Position numbers and translations under genes: made by a program
In this document: one piece after another, positions 20,863 to 31,457 of the stretch
Layout: each line of letters starts with the position of its first letter
Position numbering within the stretch: the stretch's first letter is position 1
Assembly (NCBI GenBank): GCA_943788175.1
Contig: CALSPG010000001.1
Span: 192,001-256,000, forward strand
Source of the DNA: an uncultured bacterium
GTDB taxonomy: Bacteria; Fidelibacterota; Marinisomatia; Marinisomatales; UBA1611
Length of the DNA stretch: 64,000 nucleotides
Direction of reading: 5' to 3'
Notes under the pieces: model-generated
What the model was told of the DNA's origin: nothing
Seen by the model: only the letters and a program-made list of their open reading frames with translations
Database searches by the model: none

Positions 20863-23349
20863 ATGAAAACTAAAATAGTTGAACGTTTAATCGAAGGATG
20901 GGAATTCAAGGAAGTCTCTTCAAAGACTTGGATGCCAGCTTCAGTACCTGGCTGCGTTCATACCGACCTATACAATAACAATGAAATAGTAGACCCATTT
21001 GTTGGTACCAATGAAATTGATCTCCAGTGGATAGGAAATAAAAGTTGGATATATAGAACAAAATTTAAAATCGACAGAAACCTTTTTAAAATGGAAACTA
21101 TTTTTTTAAACTTCTTAGGATTAGATACATACGCTAAGGTCAGTCTAAACAATGTAGACATTTTAGACGCTGATAATATGTTTCGTGCATGGACAGTCAA
21201 CGTTAAAGAAATAATTACAGAAAATGAAAATGAGCTCATAATTAAATTTGATTCTCCAATTGAAAAAATCTTGCCTTTAATGAAATCAATTGATTATGAA
21301 TTGCCTGCGGATAATGATCAAATAAAAAAAACTAGTCCTTACACTCGCAAGGCTCCCTACCATTACGGTTGGGACTGGGGGCCAAGCTTTGCAACCTCAG
21401 GAATTTGGCAACATGTAGAATTGATTGGTTATAATTCTTTTACAATTAAAGATTTGTTTATTAATCAAATGAAAACCGATAAAATAAGTTCACAGATTGA
21501 GTGTAACGTTTTTGTTCACTCAGAACGCAGATGTAAAGCTGACCTATTGATCAAAGAGCAAAAAAGTAATATAAACATTGTAAAGTCTATCGATTTATCT
21601 CCTGGAATTAATCAAATAAAAAAGATTGTTGAAATATCTAAACCTGATCTTTGGTGGCCGAATGGTCATGGCCAACAAAATATGTACGAATTCAATGTAA
21701 AAGTGGAATCGGTTGATTACTATGAATCTATTAAAAAAAGAGTTGGGTTGAGAGATTTTAAAGTTGAACAAAAAATAGATAAAAAAGGATCTAGTTTTAC
21801 ATTTGTTGTCAATGGTAAACCAATTTTTTCAAAAGGAGCGAATTGGATTCCAGCAGATTCTTTTACAACCAGATTAACTAAAAAAAATTATTATACATTA
21901 TTAAAAAGCGCGGTTGATGCTAATATGAATACACTACGAGTGTGGGGTGGTGGAATATATGAAAGTGATGATTTTTATGATTTATGCGACGAAATGGGAT
22001 TAATCGTTTGGCAGGATTTTATGTTCGCATGCACACTCTATCCCGGAGATAAAGATTTTTTAGAAAGCGTTAGAAAGGAAGCAGAATATCAAGTTTCTAG
22101 ATTAAGAAATCACCCTTCAATAGGGTTATGGTGTGGGAATAATGAAATTGCGTGGGCTTGGCATAATTGGGGCTGGAAAGATAGATTTCCTGAGCAACTT
22201 TATTATAATGATTATAATTCATTGTTCCATAATGTTTTGCCGAGTGTTTGTAATGAGTTTGATCCCAATCGGTTATATTGGCCTTCTTCGCCTGGAGATA
22301 GTGATATGTTACCAACTGTTGGGCAGCAATTTGGTAGTGGTGATAATCATTACTGGGGTGTATGGCATAGCGGAGACAAATTTGTTGCATTCGAAAGCAA
22401 TATTGGGCGCTTTATGTCTGAATTTGGCATGCAATCTTTTCCAGATTTAAAAACTATAGACTATTTTTGCGAAGATAAAGATCAAAGTATTAATTCAACT
22501 GTCATAAAACAACATCAAAAAGCATCCTTAGGCAACGATAACGTTATGAAATACATCCTAATGTATTTTAAACCACCAAAAGACTTTTACTCATTCGTTT
22601 TGTCAAGTCAGATTATGGCTGGTGAAGCTATAAAAATAGCTGCCGAGGCGCATAGAAGGAATATGCCTTACTGCATGGGCTCATTATATTGGCAATTAAA
22701 CGATTGCTGGCCTGGGGCATCTTGGTCATCCTTAGATTATTTCGGTAACTGGAAAGCATTGCATTATTATGCTAAAGAATTTTTTAAACCTCTTTTGATT
22801 TCATTTGAAGAGGAAGAAGACGGTGTGAGCATATATATTGTTAATGACGGCAACATTATAAATAATGCATTAATATTTTTTGAGGTGCGCAATTTTAATA
22901 ACGTTGTTGAGTATAGTCATGATTTACCTTTGGATATTAAACCTAATGAATCAAAAAAAGTTTTTTTTGAAAAAAAGAAAGTCTTATTTGCAAAAAGTAA
23001 AAAGAATAATATTTTACTAAGGGCTAAGATAGTTTTGAATGATGAAACTATCTCATCAAGCGATTATCTTTTTGATATTCCAAAAAATTTGAAGATTCCT
23101 AAGCAAAATTTTTCTACAATCATAGAAAAATTTGGAAACAGAATTAAAATTAAAATTAATTCTAAATCGTTCTTGTACAAATTTCATATCCTTTGTTCCA
23201 ATGATACGGGTCGATTTGATGATAACTATTTTAATATGCTTCCTGGCGAAGAAAAAACGATCCTATTTTTTCCATCGATTAATTTAAAAGGTAATATAAA
23301 TTTTGAGCCAAAGTTTATATTTAATAGTGTTGAAGGCTTAAGTAATTAA
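20863..23349 (+). CDS. GH2 beta-mannosidase
   Basis: RKAPYHYGWDWGP, KGANWIP, RVWGGG, WCGNNE, SEFGMQS, WQLND. Confidence 0.92.
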   Translation: MKTKIVERLIEGWEFKEVSSKTWMPASVPGCVHTDLYNNNEIVDPFVGTNEIDLQWIGNKSWIYRTKFKIDRNLFKMETIFLNFLGLDTYAKVSLNNVDILDADNMFRAWTVNVKEIITENENELIIKFDSPIEKILPLMKSIDYELPADNDQIKKTSPYTRKAPYHYGWDWGPSFATSGIWQHVELIGYNSFTIKDLFINQMKTDKISSQIECNVFVHSERRCKADLLIKEQKSNINIVKSIDLSPGINQIKKIVEISKPDLWWPNGHGQQNMYEFNVKVESVDYYESIKKRVGLRDFKVEQKIDKKGSSFTFVVNGKPIFSKGANWIPADSFTTRLTKKNYYTLLKSAVDANMNTLRVWGGGIYESDDFYDLCDEMGLIVWQDFMFACTLYPGDKDFLESVRKEAEYQVSRLRNHPSIGLWCGNNEIAWAWHNWGWKDRFPEQLYYNDYNSLFHNVLPSVCNEFDPNRLYWPSSPGDSDMLPTVGQQFGSGDNHYWGVWHSGDKFVAFESNIGRFMSEFGMQSFPDLKTIDYFCEDKDQSINSTVIKQHQKASLGNDNVMKYILMYFKPPKDFYSFVLSSQIMAGEAIKIAAEAHRRNMPYCMGSLYWQLNDCWPGASWSSLDYFGNWKALHYYAKEFFKPLLISFEEEEDGVSIYIVNDGNIINNALIFFEVRNFNNVVEYSHDLPLDIKPNESKKVFFEKKKVLFAKSKKNNILLRAKIVLNDETISSSDYLFDIPKNLKIPKQNFSTIIEKFGNRIKIKINSKSFLYKFHILCSNDTGRFDDNYFNMLPGEEKTILFFPSINLKGNINFEPKFIFNSVEGLSN

Positions 23350-23366
23350 TAATAATTGGAGATATA

Positions 23367-24056
23367 ATGACGTTAGAAAATGACATACGAATGGATAGGT
23401 TAGACAAAACAAAAGAGGCCGCTACGAAAGTTAATGAATCGCTAGATTGGCCAAATCTCATAAAATTCAGAAAAGAAAATGATGAGATTAGAAAAACTGG
23501 TTTGAAAGTTAAAATTGTATTTATGGGTGATTCGATTACTGAGGGTTGGTCATTAAGTGACCCCGATTTTTTTAAAAAGAACAGTTTTGTTAATCGTGGT
23601 ATTGGAGGTCAAACTTCACCACAAATGCTATTAAGATTCAAACAAGACGCAATTCATCTTAATCCTAATATGGTGATAATAAATGCTGGAACAAATGATA
23701 TAGCGGAAAATACTGGTCCATCTAATCAAGAAATGATAATCGACAACATAACATCAATGGCTGAAATTTGTATGAAAAACAACATTGATGTTGCACTTTC
23801 TACTATTCTTCCAGTCTTTAAGTACTCTTGGAATGAAAATATTATAAATGTTCCAGAAAAAATTTCGAGTGTTAATAAGATCCTTAAAAAGTATACGGAA
23901 AATAACAATATACAGTTTATAGACTATTATTCTTCAATGGTTGATGAGCAAAAAGGGTTGATGTCTGCATATGGTACTGATGGTGTTCATCCAACAAAAG
24001 AAGGGTATAAAGTAATGGCGGATACGTTAAGAAATACAATTGCAGGGGTACAATGA
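23367..24056 (+). CDS. SGNH/GDSL esterase
   Basis: FMGDSITEGW, NRGIGGQT, GTND, DGVHP. Confidence 0.88.
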   Translation: MTLENDIRMDRLDKTKEAATKVNESLDWPNLIKFRKENDEIRKTGLKVKIVFMGDSITEGWSLSDPDFFKKNSFVNRGIGGQTSPQMLLRFKQDAIHLNPNMVIINAGTNDIAENTGPSNQEMIIDNITSMAEICMKNNIDVALSTILPVFKYSWNENIINVPEKISSVNKILKKYTENNNIQFIDYYSSMVDEQKGLMSAYGTDGVHPTKEGYKVMADTLRNTIAGVQ

Positions 24057-25162
24057 ATTTTCAATTGATTGTTAAAATTTGTTTATTATTGATTTCAATT
24101 GTTTCTCCAATTTTTAGCCAAGGTTTTTGGGGTAATGAGTTTCCAGAAGGGAAAATTGAATACGAGCCGAAGTCATATGTTTGTTATAAAACTGTTCAAC
24201 CTGTAATACTTGATGGTAAAATCACCGAAAAAGCTTGGGCAGATATTCCCTGGACAGATTCTTTTGTTGATATTGAAGGTTCTTTAAAGCCAAGGCCATA
24301 TAATGATACGAAAGTAAAAATGCTTTGGGATCGGGATTATTTTTATTTTGCTGTGTACATGAAAGAGCCACATGTCTGGGCAACAATAAAAGAAAGGGAT
24401 GCAGTAATCTATAAAGACAATGATTTTGAGATATTTTTAGATCCAGACGGAGACACTCATAACTATTACGAGCTAGAGGTTAATGCTTATGGAACAGAAT
24501 GGGATTTGTTAATTACTAAGCCTTATCATGATGGTGGAAAAGTAGCCTTAGATTCTTGGGATATACCTGGTTTAATTACAAGTGTACACATTGATGGTAC
24601 ATTGAATGATGCTTCGGATCTTGATAGCGGATGGAGCATTGAAATCGCGATTCCTTGGAAGGCCTTCATTGGAAATTACCGTTCTAATAATCCACCAAAA
24701 GATGGTGAGCAATGGAAAATTAATTTTAGTAGAGTCCATTGGGAAACGAATATTATTAATTCAGCTTATGTAAAAACTGAGAGGCCCGAATATAATTGGG
24801 TATGGTCACCTCAGGGTGTAATATACATGCACATGCCTGATCTTTGGGGCTTGGTACAATTTACAGAAAATATCATTGGTAAAGAGGTTGTACAATTCAA
24901 GTATAGTAAGATTGATAAGATAAAATGGAGCCTAAGACAGGTATATTACAAGCAGCGAAATTATTTTTTTGCGAATCAAAAATATTCTGATTCAATTAGA
25001 GAATTAAATTTCTTTAAAGATTTAAAATTGAAAAAAACACCTTTTAATGGAGTTTCTTGGCCGCCAAAAATTACATTAACACCCTCAGGCTGGGAAGCTT
25101 TTGTAACATGGGAAAATAAAAATATTATCATTCGCAAGGATGGAAGGGTGTGGGTTGAATGA
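24053..25162 (+). CDS. Carbohydrate-binding family 9-like secreted protein
   Basis: KMLWD, DNDFEIFLDP, YYELEVN, WSIEIAIPW, NWVWSPQG. Confidence 0.8.
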   Translation: MNFQLIVKICLLLISIVSPIFSQGFWGNEFPEGKIEYEPKSYVCYKTVQPVILDGKITEKAWADIPWTDSFVDIEGSLKPRPYNDTKVKMLWDRDYFYFAVYMKEPHVWATIKERDAVIYKDNDFEIFLDPDGDTHNYYELEVNAYGTEWDLLITKPYHDGGKVALDSWDIPGLITSVHIDGTLNDASDLDSGWSIEIAIPWKAFIGNYRSNNPPKDGEQWKINFSRVHWETNIINSAYVKTERPEYNWVWSPQGVIYMHMPDLWGLVQFTENIIGKEVVQFKYSKIDKIKWSLRQVYYKQRNYFFANQKYSDSIRELNFFKDLKLKKTPFNGVSWPPKITLTPSGWEAFVTWENKNIIIRKDGRVWVE

Positions 25163-27231
25163 ACTTATCATTTATTGATTGGATGATTGTAATAATTGTT
25201 CTTGTTGGTATGATTTACTCAGTTAATCTAACCAAAGGATTAATGAAAAGTGTAAGTGATTTTTTATCTGCTGGAAGAACAGCTGGCAGATATGTTTTAT
25301 CTATTTCAAGTGGCGTAGCGGGACTAGGTGCTATTTCCATTGTGATGTTTTTAGAAATGGGATATGTCGCAGGATTTTCATTGTCATGGTGGGGTTTAAG
25401 CCAAGGTATAATTCTTTTAGCTATTACAATGTCTGGATGGGTAATTTATCGTTTCAGGATGACTCGAAGTCTCACGTTGGCTCAGTTTTTTGAAAAAAGA
25501 TATAGTCGAAAATTTAGAATATTTGCAGGCCTAGTGGCTTTTTTTGCTGGCCTCATTAATTTTGGAATATTTCCTGCAGTTGGGGCACAGTTTTTTATAA
25601 ACTTTTGTGGTTTACCAGAGTACTTGTTAGGTCTACCGATGTATCCTCTAGTGATGATAGTATTATTAGGAATTGCATTGTATTTTGTATACACAGGTGG
25701 TCAAATAGCTGTAATAATTGCTGATTTTTTTCAAGGTGTTTTTGTAACAATTATATTATTTATTATTACTTTGTATTTGCTTTTTAGTATTGGTTGGGAT
25801 CAGGTTTCTGATTCGTTGCAAAATACACCTATAAAACTGGCAAAAGAAGAAATTCAGGTTCTCAAAGGTGATGCGTCTTTTCAGTTGTTATCAAAAGAAG
25901 AACAAACATTACAAACTGATGAAATTAATGTAAAATATGAAAATTCTTCTCGCATAAATCCATTTAAAACTAGTCATGTGGAGGATTTTAATTTGTGGTA
26001 TTTTCTCATCGGTATCATAGGAGTTATGTATGGCGCCCTAAGCTGGCAAGGGTCTCAAGGGTATAACTCATCAGCAAAAAATGCTCATGAAGCGAAAATG
26101 GGTGTTGTTTTAGCAGGCTGGAGAGGTATTCCCCAAGGGATGTTTATGTTTTTAGTCCCTGTGCTTGTTTATGTTTTAATGAATCACCCTGATTATCAAC
26201 ATATAGCTGATTCAGTCAATGCTTCGCTAGCTTCTTTATCTTCAGATACTTTGCAAGGTCAAATGAGAGCTCCTTTTGTACTATCTGAAATATTACCCGT
26301 TGGATTAATTGGTGCATTCGCGGCCTTGATGCTTGCTGCTTTTATCAGTACACATGACACGTACTTGCATTCATGGGGTTCTATATTTATTCAAGATGTC
26401 ATTATGCCTTTCCGAAAAAAACCATTTGATAAAGAAACGCATATAAAAGTTTTAAGATATTCTATTTTTGGAGTTGCTGTTTTTATATTCCTATTTAGCT
26501 TACTCTTTAGCCAGAGTCAAAAGATTGCACTTTACTTTGCGGTTACTGCTGCTATTTTTGCTGGAGGATGTGGTGCTGTAATTATTGGTGGTTTGTATTG
26601 GAATAAAGGTACAACAGCGGCTGCTTGGACCGCAATGATAATTGGAGCTGTAATTGGGGTTTCCGGTACACTGATCAAGCAAATTTCTGATATCTGGTTA
26701 CTAGACGTAAGTAGTTATAGTCAGCTAAAAACAATTTTAATATTTTTAAAAAATATTAATGGTCAAGAATACTGGGGCCTAGGTATGGCCTCTTCATCAA
26801 TATCCTACATCGTAGTATCTCTTTTATTCCCTGAAAAACTAGTAAATATGGATAAGTTATTAAATAGAGGGGAATATAGCATTGATGGAGAAGTTAATGT
26901 AGTCGATGAGCAAGTTAAAAGAGGTTGGAAGGTTTTTGGAATGGGAAAAGAATTCACTAAGAATGATAAACTAATTTACATTCTTAATTATGCATGGACT
27001 GGATTCTGGACCTTGGTGTTTATTATTGGAACAGTTTATAATTTATCAAACCCTGTCAGTGACGATGCTTGGATGAAATTCTGGGAGTATTATATTTACA
27101 TTCATTTAATACTATCAGGCATTGTTTTAATATGGTTCACCCTAGGAGGGTTTTACGATCTAAAAAGCATGATAAATGCTTTAAAATCTGATGTAAGAGA
27201 TCACGGGGATTCAGGATGGGTAGACAGCTAA
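25159..27231 (+). CDS. Sodium:solute symporter (SSS)
   Basis: DFLSAGR, FFEKRYS, AAFISTHD; many TM helices. Confidence 0.88.
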   Translation: MNLSFIDWMIVIIVLVGMIYSVNLTKGLMKSVSDFLSAGRTAGRYVLSISSGVAGLGAISIVMFLEMGYVAGFSLSWWGLSQGIILLAITMSGWVIYRFRMTRSLTLAQFFEKRYSRKFRIFAGLVAFFAGLINFGIFPAVGAQFFINFCGLPEYLLGLPMYPLVMIVLLGIALYFVYTGGQIAVIIADFFQGVFVTIILFIITLYLLFSIGWDQVSDSLQNTPIKLAKEEIQVLKGDASFQLLSKEEQTLQTDEINVKYENSSRINPFKTSHVEDFNLWYFLIGIIGVMYGALSWQGSQGYNSSAKNAHEAKMGVVLAGWRGIPQGMFMFLVPVLVYVLMNHPDYQHIADSVNASLASLSSDTLQGQMRAPFVLSEILPVGLIGAFAALMLAAFISTHDTYLHSWGSIFIQDVIMPFRKKPFDKETHIKVLRYSIFGVAVFIFLFSLLFSQSQKIALYFAVTAAIFAGGCGAVIIGGLYWNKGTTAAAWTAMIIGAVIGVSGTLIKQISDIWLLDVSSYSQLKTILIFLKNINGQEYWGLGMASSSISYIVVSLLFPEKLVNMDKLLNRGEYSIDGEVNVVDEQVKRGWKVFGMGKEFTKNDKLIYILNYAWTGFWTLVFIIGTVYNLSNPVSDDAWMKFWEYYIYIHLILSGIVLIWFTLGGFYDLKSMINALKSDVRDHGDSGWVDS

Positions 27232-27246
27232 GGAGAAAATAATCAC

Positions 27247-28335
27247 GTGAAACATATATTAATTGTTATTGGCTATTTTATAATATTTACTGGATGCAGG
27301 CACGATGAATCGAAATTGGGAAAAGCAGTTGATCAAATGGAGCCGAATGAAATGATTGGCTACGTACCCAACAACCAAAAGTTAGGGATGAAGTGGCTAT
27401 TAAATAATATGCTCGAGGATGATAAGAAAACCTTGAGTGTTAGGTTTCTTTTAGATAATTGCATTTACGCATACAAGGCCTGGGAAAACACTCCCTGGGG
27501 TAGCGTTAATGATTCATTGTTTTTTGAGTATGTACTCCCTTATTCAAGTTTAAATGAGAGAAGAGATAATTGGAGACTGGATTTTTACGAGCGTTTTTAT
27601 CCAATTGTGAAAAATGCCAAATCTGCTTACGAAGCAGCAGCTATCTTAAACAATAATATTTTTGAGATGGTTGGAGTCATTTACTCCACAAAAAGACCAA
27701 AAGCAGATCAGTCACCATACGAAAGTATTGAGGCAGGTTTAGCTTCTTGCACAGGACTGAGTTTTATGTTAATTGATGCGTGTAGAAGCGTTGGGATACC
27801 TGCTAGGTTTGTTGGTACCCCATCTTGGTATAATAATAGTGGAAATCATTCTTGGGTAGAAATTTGGGATAATGGGTGGCATTTTACAGGCGCTTATGAA
27901 CCAACTGGCGACAAGCTAAATGATGGTTGGTTTACTGATTTAGCGGCCAGAGCTGTTGAAGGGCATCCTAAATATGGCATTTATGCTTCTACTTGGAAGG
28001 AAACGGACATTTATTTTCCAATGGATTGGAAACCTGGTGTAAATAAATACTTTGCAGTGGATGTTACACCAAGGTATCAAAATTTTCTAGATAGTAATCT
28101 TATTCCACTTCGCATAAAGGTTGTGGATTCAAATGGTGAAAGAAAAAGAATTTTAGTCAGTGTAAGTGGTGATAACGATTTTTCATTTGCGGGGTACTCA
28201 AAGGATGAAAAAAATGATTCAAACGACCATCTAACTCTTTACTTACCCGAAAGTAATTCGTTTATAATAAAAGTCAATCAATACTCAAAGACTGTTATAC
28301 TAAATAAGGAAGAGTTAATTGAAATTAAGATTTAA
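27247..28335 (+). CDS. Transglutaminase-like lipoprotein
   Basis: FTGC lipobox; ASCTGLS, RSVGIPAR, GNHSWVE. Confidence 0.8.
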   Translation: MKHILIVIGYFIIFTGCRHDESKLGKAVDQMEPNEMIGYVPNNQKLGMKWLLNNMLEDDKKTLSVRFLLDNCIYAYKAWENTPWGSVNDSLFFEYVLPYSSLNERRDNWRLDFYERFYPIVKNAKSAYEAAAILNNNIFEMVGVIYSTKRPKADQSPYESIEAGLASCTGLSFMLIDACRSVGIPARFVGTPSWYNNSGNHSWVEIWDNGWHFTGAYEPTGDKLNDGWFTDLAARAVEGHPKYGIYASTWKETDIYFPMDWKPGVNKYFAVDVTPRYQNFLDSNLIPLRIKVVDSNGERKRILVSVSGDNDFSFAGYSKDEKNDSNDHLTLYLPESNSFIIKVNQYSKTVILNKEELIEIKI

Positions 28336-28390
28336 AAACTTTAATGTATTTCATAATCAGATTAAATCTATTATTTAATAAATAAGTTTT

Positions 28391-29152
28391 ATGATTGATG
28401 ATTTTTCAAAAAATGGATATTATTTAAAAAAAACAATTTTTAGTAAGTCTCTTATTAATTTATATGAAAGTGAATTTGATAAGATTGTCCATCAGCTTAA
28501 AAAAAGTAGGGAGGATATAAATGCTCGATGGGGAAGCAAGTTAACATCTAATATTGAACCTGATGATAGCTTTGTCATTCATACTCATAATGTCCAGAGC
28601 TATTCTTCGGTCTTGCTCCAGATGATACAAAATAATAGCTTCTTAGATGAGGTTGAAAAAATTATAGGCCCCGATATTATTCTTCATCATACAAAGCTGT
28701 TCGAAAAACCACCGATAATAGGAGCTGCCTTTCCTTTGCACCAAGATTGGTCTTATTTCCCTACAAGGAATAATTCAATGATTGCAGCGGTTATCCACCT
28801 ATCAAGATCGGATGAAGATATGGGTTGCATGAGAATTATTCCTAAATCACATAAACTCGGAAAAATTAAAAACAGTGATGGGCATAGATATAACTCTAAG
28901 ATTCATAATAAGTATAAGTTAGAAGATGCAATACCAATAGAAGCTAACCCAGGTGATGTTCTTTTTTTTCATTGTTGCAGCCTACATGGTTCAATGTCAA
29001 ATTTATCAACTAAACCTAGAAAGAGCATTTTAGTGCAATTATATTCTGGTCAAGATGAAGTTGAAGAGGGAAATAATCATACGAATGCTCAACTAGTGTT
29101 AAGAGGTTTTAATTATTCTTCAACTCGCTCATCTGTTAATGTAAAAATATGA
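28391..29152 (+). CDS. PhyH family Fe(II)/2-oxoglutarate dioxygenase 1
   Basis: HQD...LHGS...R. Confidence 0.88.
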   Translation: MIDDFSKNGYYLKKTIFSKSLINLYESEFDKIVHQLKKSREDINARWGSKLTSNIEPDDSFVIHTHNVQSYSSVLLQMIQNNSFLDEVEKIIGPDIILHHTKLFEKPPIIGAAFPLHQDWSYFPTRNNSMIAAVIHLSRSDEDMGCMRIIPKSHKLGKIKNSDGHRYNSKIHNKYKLEDAIPIEANPGDVLFFHCCSLHGSMSNLSTKPRKSILVQLYSGQDEVEEGNNHTNAQLVLRGFNYSSTRSSVNVKI

Positions 29153-29156
29153 ATAA

Positions 29157-29942
29157 ATGAATTTAAAAACTTCATTTAAACAATTTTATCAAGAAAATGG
29201 ATATGCTATTATTCCTGATGTTATTGATTCAGGCTTAGTGTTAGAAGTTCAAAACCATGTTATGTGGCTACAAAATAAATACCCGGATATTCGCGCAGAA
29301 GCTTTTCATCATGATCTTTTAATTAATGATCCTTTTATTCACAAGCTTTTAGATAATAAAAACATGCTCGATATTATTGAAGGAGTTATAGGTTCAGATA
29401 TAGCTCTTTTTGGCGCCCATTACATTGCAAAAAGACCAAGAGATGGCAAACCAGTTGGTTGGCATCAGGACGGTTCATATTGGCCGTTAGAGCCAATGAA
29501 TGTAGTTTCAATTTGGTTAGCTGGAACAGATTCAAATAAATCAAATGGTTGTATGCGTGTTATTCCCGGAACTCAAAACAAAAAATTAATTAAAGCCTCT
29601 GAAATGATAAAATTAGATACAAACGATTATGTTTTAGATTTGGCCATTTCTAAAAGTGATATTGATAGTCAAAAAGCTGTAGATGTAGAGCTTAATGCAG
29701 GGGACATTTCAATTCATAATCCTTCAATCGTTCATGGCTCAAATGCTAATTTATCTGATAGTTGGAGAATTGGATTAACACTTAGATTTATTCCTACTTC
29801 CACTTATGTAAACAGAGCAAATTGGGAATGCATACTTCTTCGAGGAAGACCTAATAATGCAGTAAAAAATAATTACGTATCGAAGCCTATTTTTCAAGAA
29901 GGTGAGCATATGTATTTTTCTGGATATAAAAACTTTTTATAG
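29157..29942 (+). CDS. PhyH family dioxygenase 2
   Basis: WHQDGSYW...VHGS...R. Confidence 0.88.
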   Translation: MNLKTSFKQFYQENGYAIIPDVIDSGLVLEVQNHVMWLQNKYPDIRAEAFHHDLLINDPFIHKLLDNKNMLDIIEGVIGSDIALFGAHYIAKRPRDGKPVGWHQDGSYWPLEPMNVVSIWLAGTDSNKSNGCMRVIPGTQNKKLIKASEMIKLDTNDYVLDLAISKSDIDSQKAVDVELNAGDISIHNPSIVHGSNANLSDSWRIGLTLRFIPTSTYVNRANWECILLRGRPNNAVKNNYVSKPIFQEGEHMYFSGYKNFL

Positions 29943-29950
29943 GGGATTGC

Positions 29951-30724
29951 TTGATTAGTGAAAATAATAACTTAAAGGATACTGGTTTCACCTTTGTAGA
30001 TGATGTTTTTTTGCAAACGGATATTCTAGAATCAAAAAATTCATTTTGGGATGTAATCAATTCTAAATATGACACTGGAATTGAACCAGAAAATAGATTT
30101 TGGAATGTAGGCGAAGATCCAAAGAAAATAATTAAGATTGATAAACCTCATTTAAGTAGTAACGCATTACACAATCTTATAACCCAAGAAAATTTTGGTA
30201 AAATCCTTGCGAAGATTACTAAAGCAAGAAAAATTCAGGTTTGGCACACGCAGGGAGTATGGAAACCGACAGGAGGTGGATTAAAGGGCAATGCTGGTTG
30301 GCATAGAGACATTCAATACTGGCCTTTTTGGGAGCCCTATGGTATTTTTACTGCTTGGATTGCATTAACTGACGTTTTTTCAAATTCAGGTCCTGTGAGA
30401 TATATTGCAGGTAGCCACCATTGGAATGAAATAAGTGGCGTGGATTTTTTTAATAATGATATAGAGTGTCAGGATAAAATAATTAAACAGAAACATAGTA
30501 ATTATAAAATTGTTAAGGCTCAAATTGCTTCTGGATCTATAGCCATTCATGGATCAAAAACATACCATTCATCCGTAAATAACACTAGTGGGAGTCCTCG
30601 TGTAGGAATGGTCGTACACTTTTCTACAGACCAAGCAAAAAAAATAAATATAACTGATAAGCATTCTGACTATTTAGATATTTTAAATGATCAATCCATT
30701 TGTCCGATTATATATGATTCTTAA
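29951..30724 (+). CDS. PhyH family dioxygenase 3
   Basis: WHRD...YHSS...R; TTG start after AGGGG. Confidence 0.85.
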   Translation: MISENNNLKDTGFTFVDDVFLQTDILESKNSFWDVINSKYDTGIEPENRFWNVGEDPKKIIKIDKPHLSSNALHNLITQENFGKILAKITKARKIQVWHTQGVWKPTGGGLKGNAGWHRDIQYWPFWEPYGIFTAWIALTDVFSNSGPVRYIAGSHHWNEISGVDFFNNDIECQDKIIKQKHSNYKIVKAQIASGSIAIHGSKTYHSSVNNTSGSPRVGMVVHFSTDQAKKINITDKHSDYLDILNDQSICPIIYDS

Positions 30725-30773
30725 TTTGTTACATTATCTTTTGTTTATTTTTTATCAATTTTGAAAGGTTTTT

Positions 30774-31436
30774 ATGTCTAATAGTACTATCGGCTTAAAT
30801 GACGATTTAAGAAATTATTTATTGAGTGTATCATGTCGTGAAAGTAAAACGTTGAAAGATTTGCGCAAAGAAACATTAATACTCAAAGAAGCTCAAATGC
30901 AAATATCTCCAGAACAAGGCTCTTTTTTAGCGTTCTTGGTAAAAGTTTTAAAAGCAAAAAAGACTTTAGATATTGGTGTTTTCACAGGATATAGTTCACT
31001 GGTTGTTGCAGATGCACTACCTGATGATGGCGTTGTTATTGCCTGCGACACCAGTGAAGAGTGGACAAATATCGCTCGAAAATATTGGAAACTAGCAGGT
31101 GTAAATAATAAAATTCAATTAAAATTAGCTCCAGCTATAGAAACACTCGATAAATTAATTGAAAACGGCTGCAAAGGTACATTTGATTTTTCATTTATAG
31201 ATGCAGATAAAATAAACTATCAAAATTATTTAGAAAGGTCGCTAATATTACTAAAACCAGGTGGAGTTGTTGCAATTGATAATGTATTGTGGGGAGGAAA
31301 AGTGTTAGACAGTCAAGATAATGAACCCGCAACAAGAGCGATTAGAATATTTAATGAAAAGCTTAAGGGCGATGAAAGAGTATTAATTTCAATGGTTCCA
31401 ATTGGAGATGGCTTAACTCTTGCATTCAAAAAATAG
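30774..31436 (+). CDS. Class I SAM-dependent O-methyltransferase (CCoAOMT-like)
   Basis: MQISPEQG, DIGVFTGYS, FIDADK, DNVLW. Confidence 0.9.
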   Translation: MSNSTIGLNDDLRNYLLSVSCRESKTLKDLRKETLILKEAQMQISPEQGSFLAFLVKVLKAKKTLDIGVFTGYSSLVVADALPDDGVVIACDTSEEWTNIARKYWKLAGVNNKIQLKLAPAIETLDKLIENGCKGTFDFSFIDADKINYQNYLERSLILLKPGGVVAIDNVLWGGKVLDSQDNEPATRAIRIFNEKLKGDERVLISMVPIGDGLTLAFKK

Positions 31437-31457
31437 TCTCTGAGTGATTCACAAATA

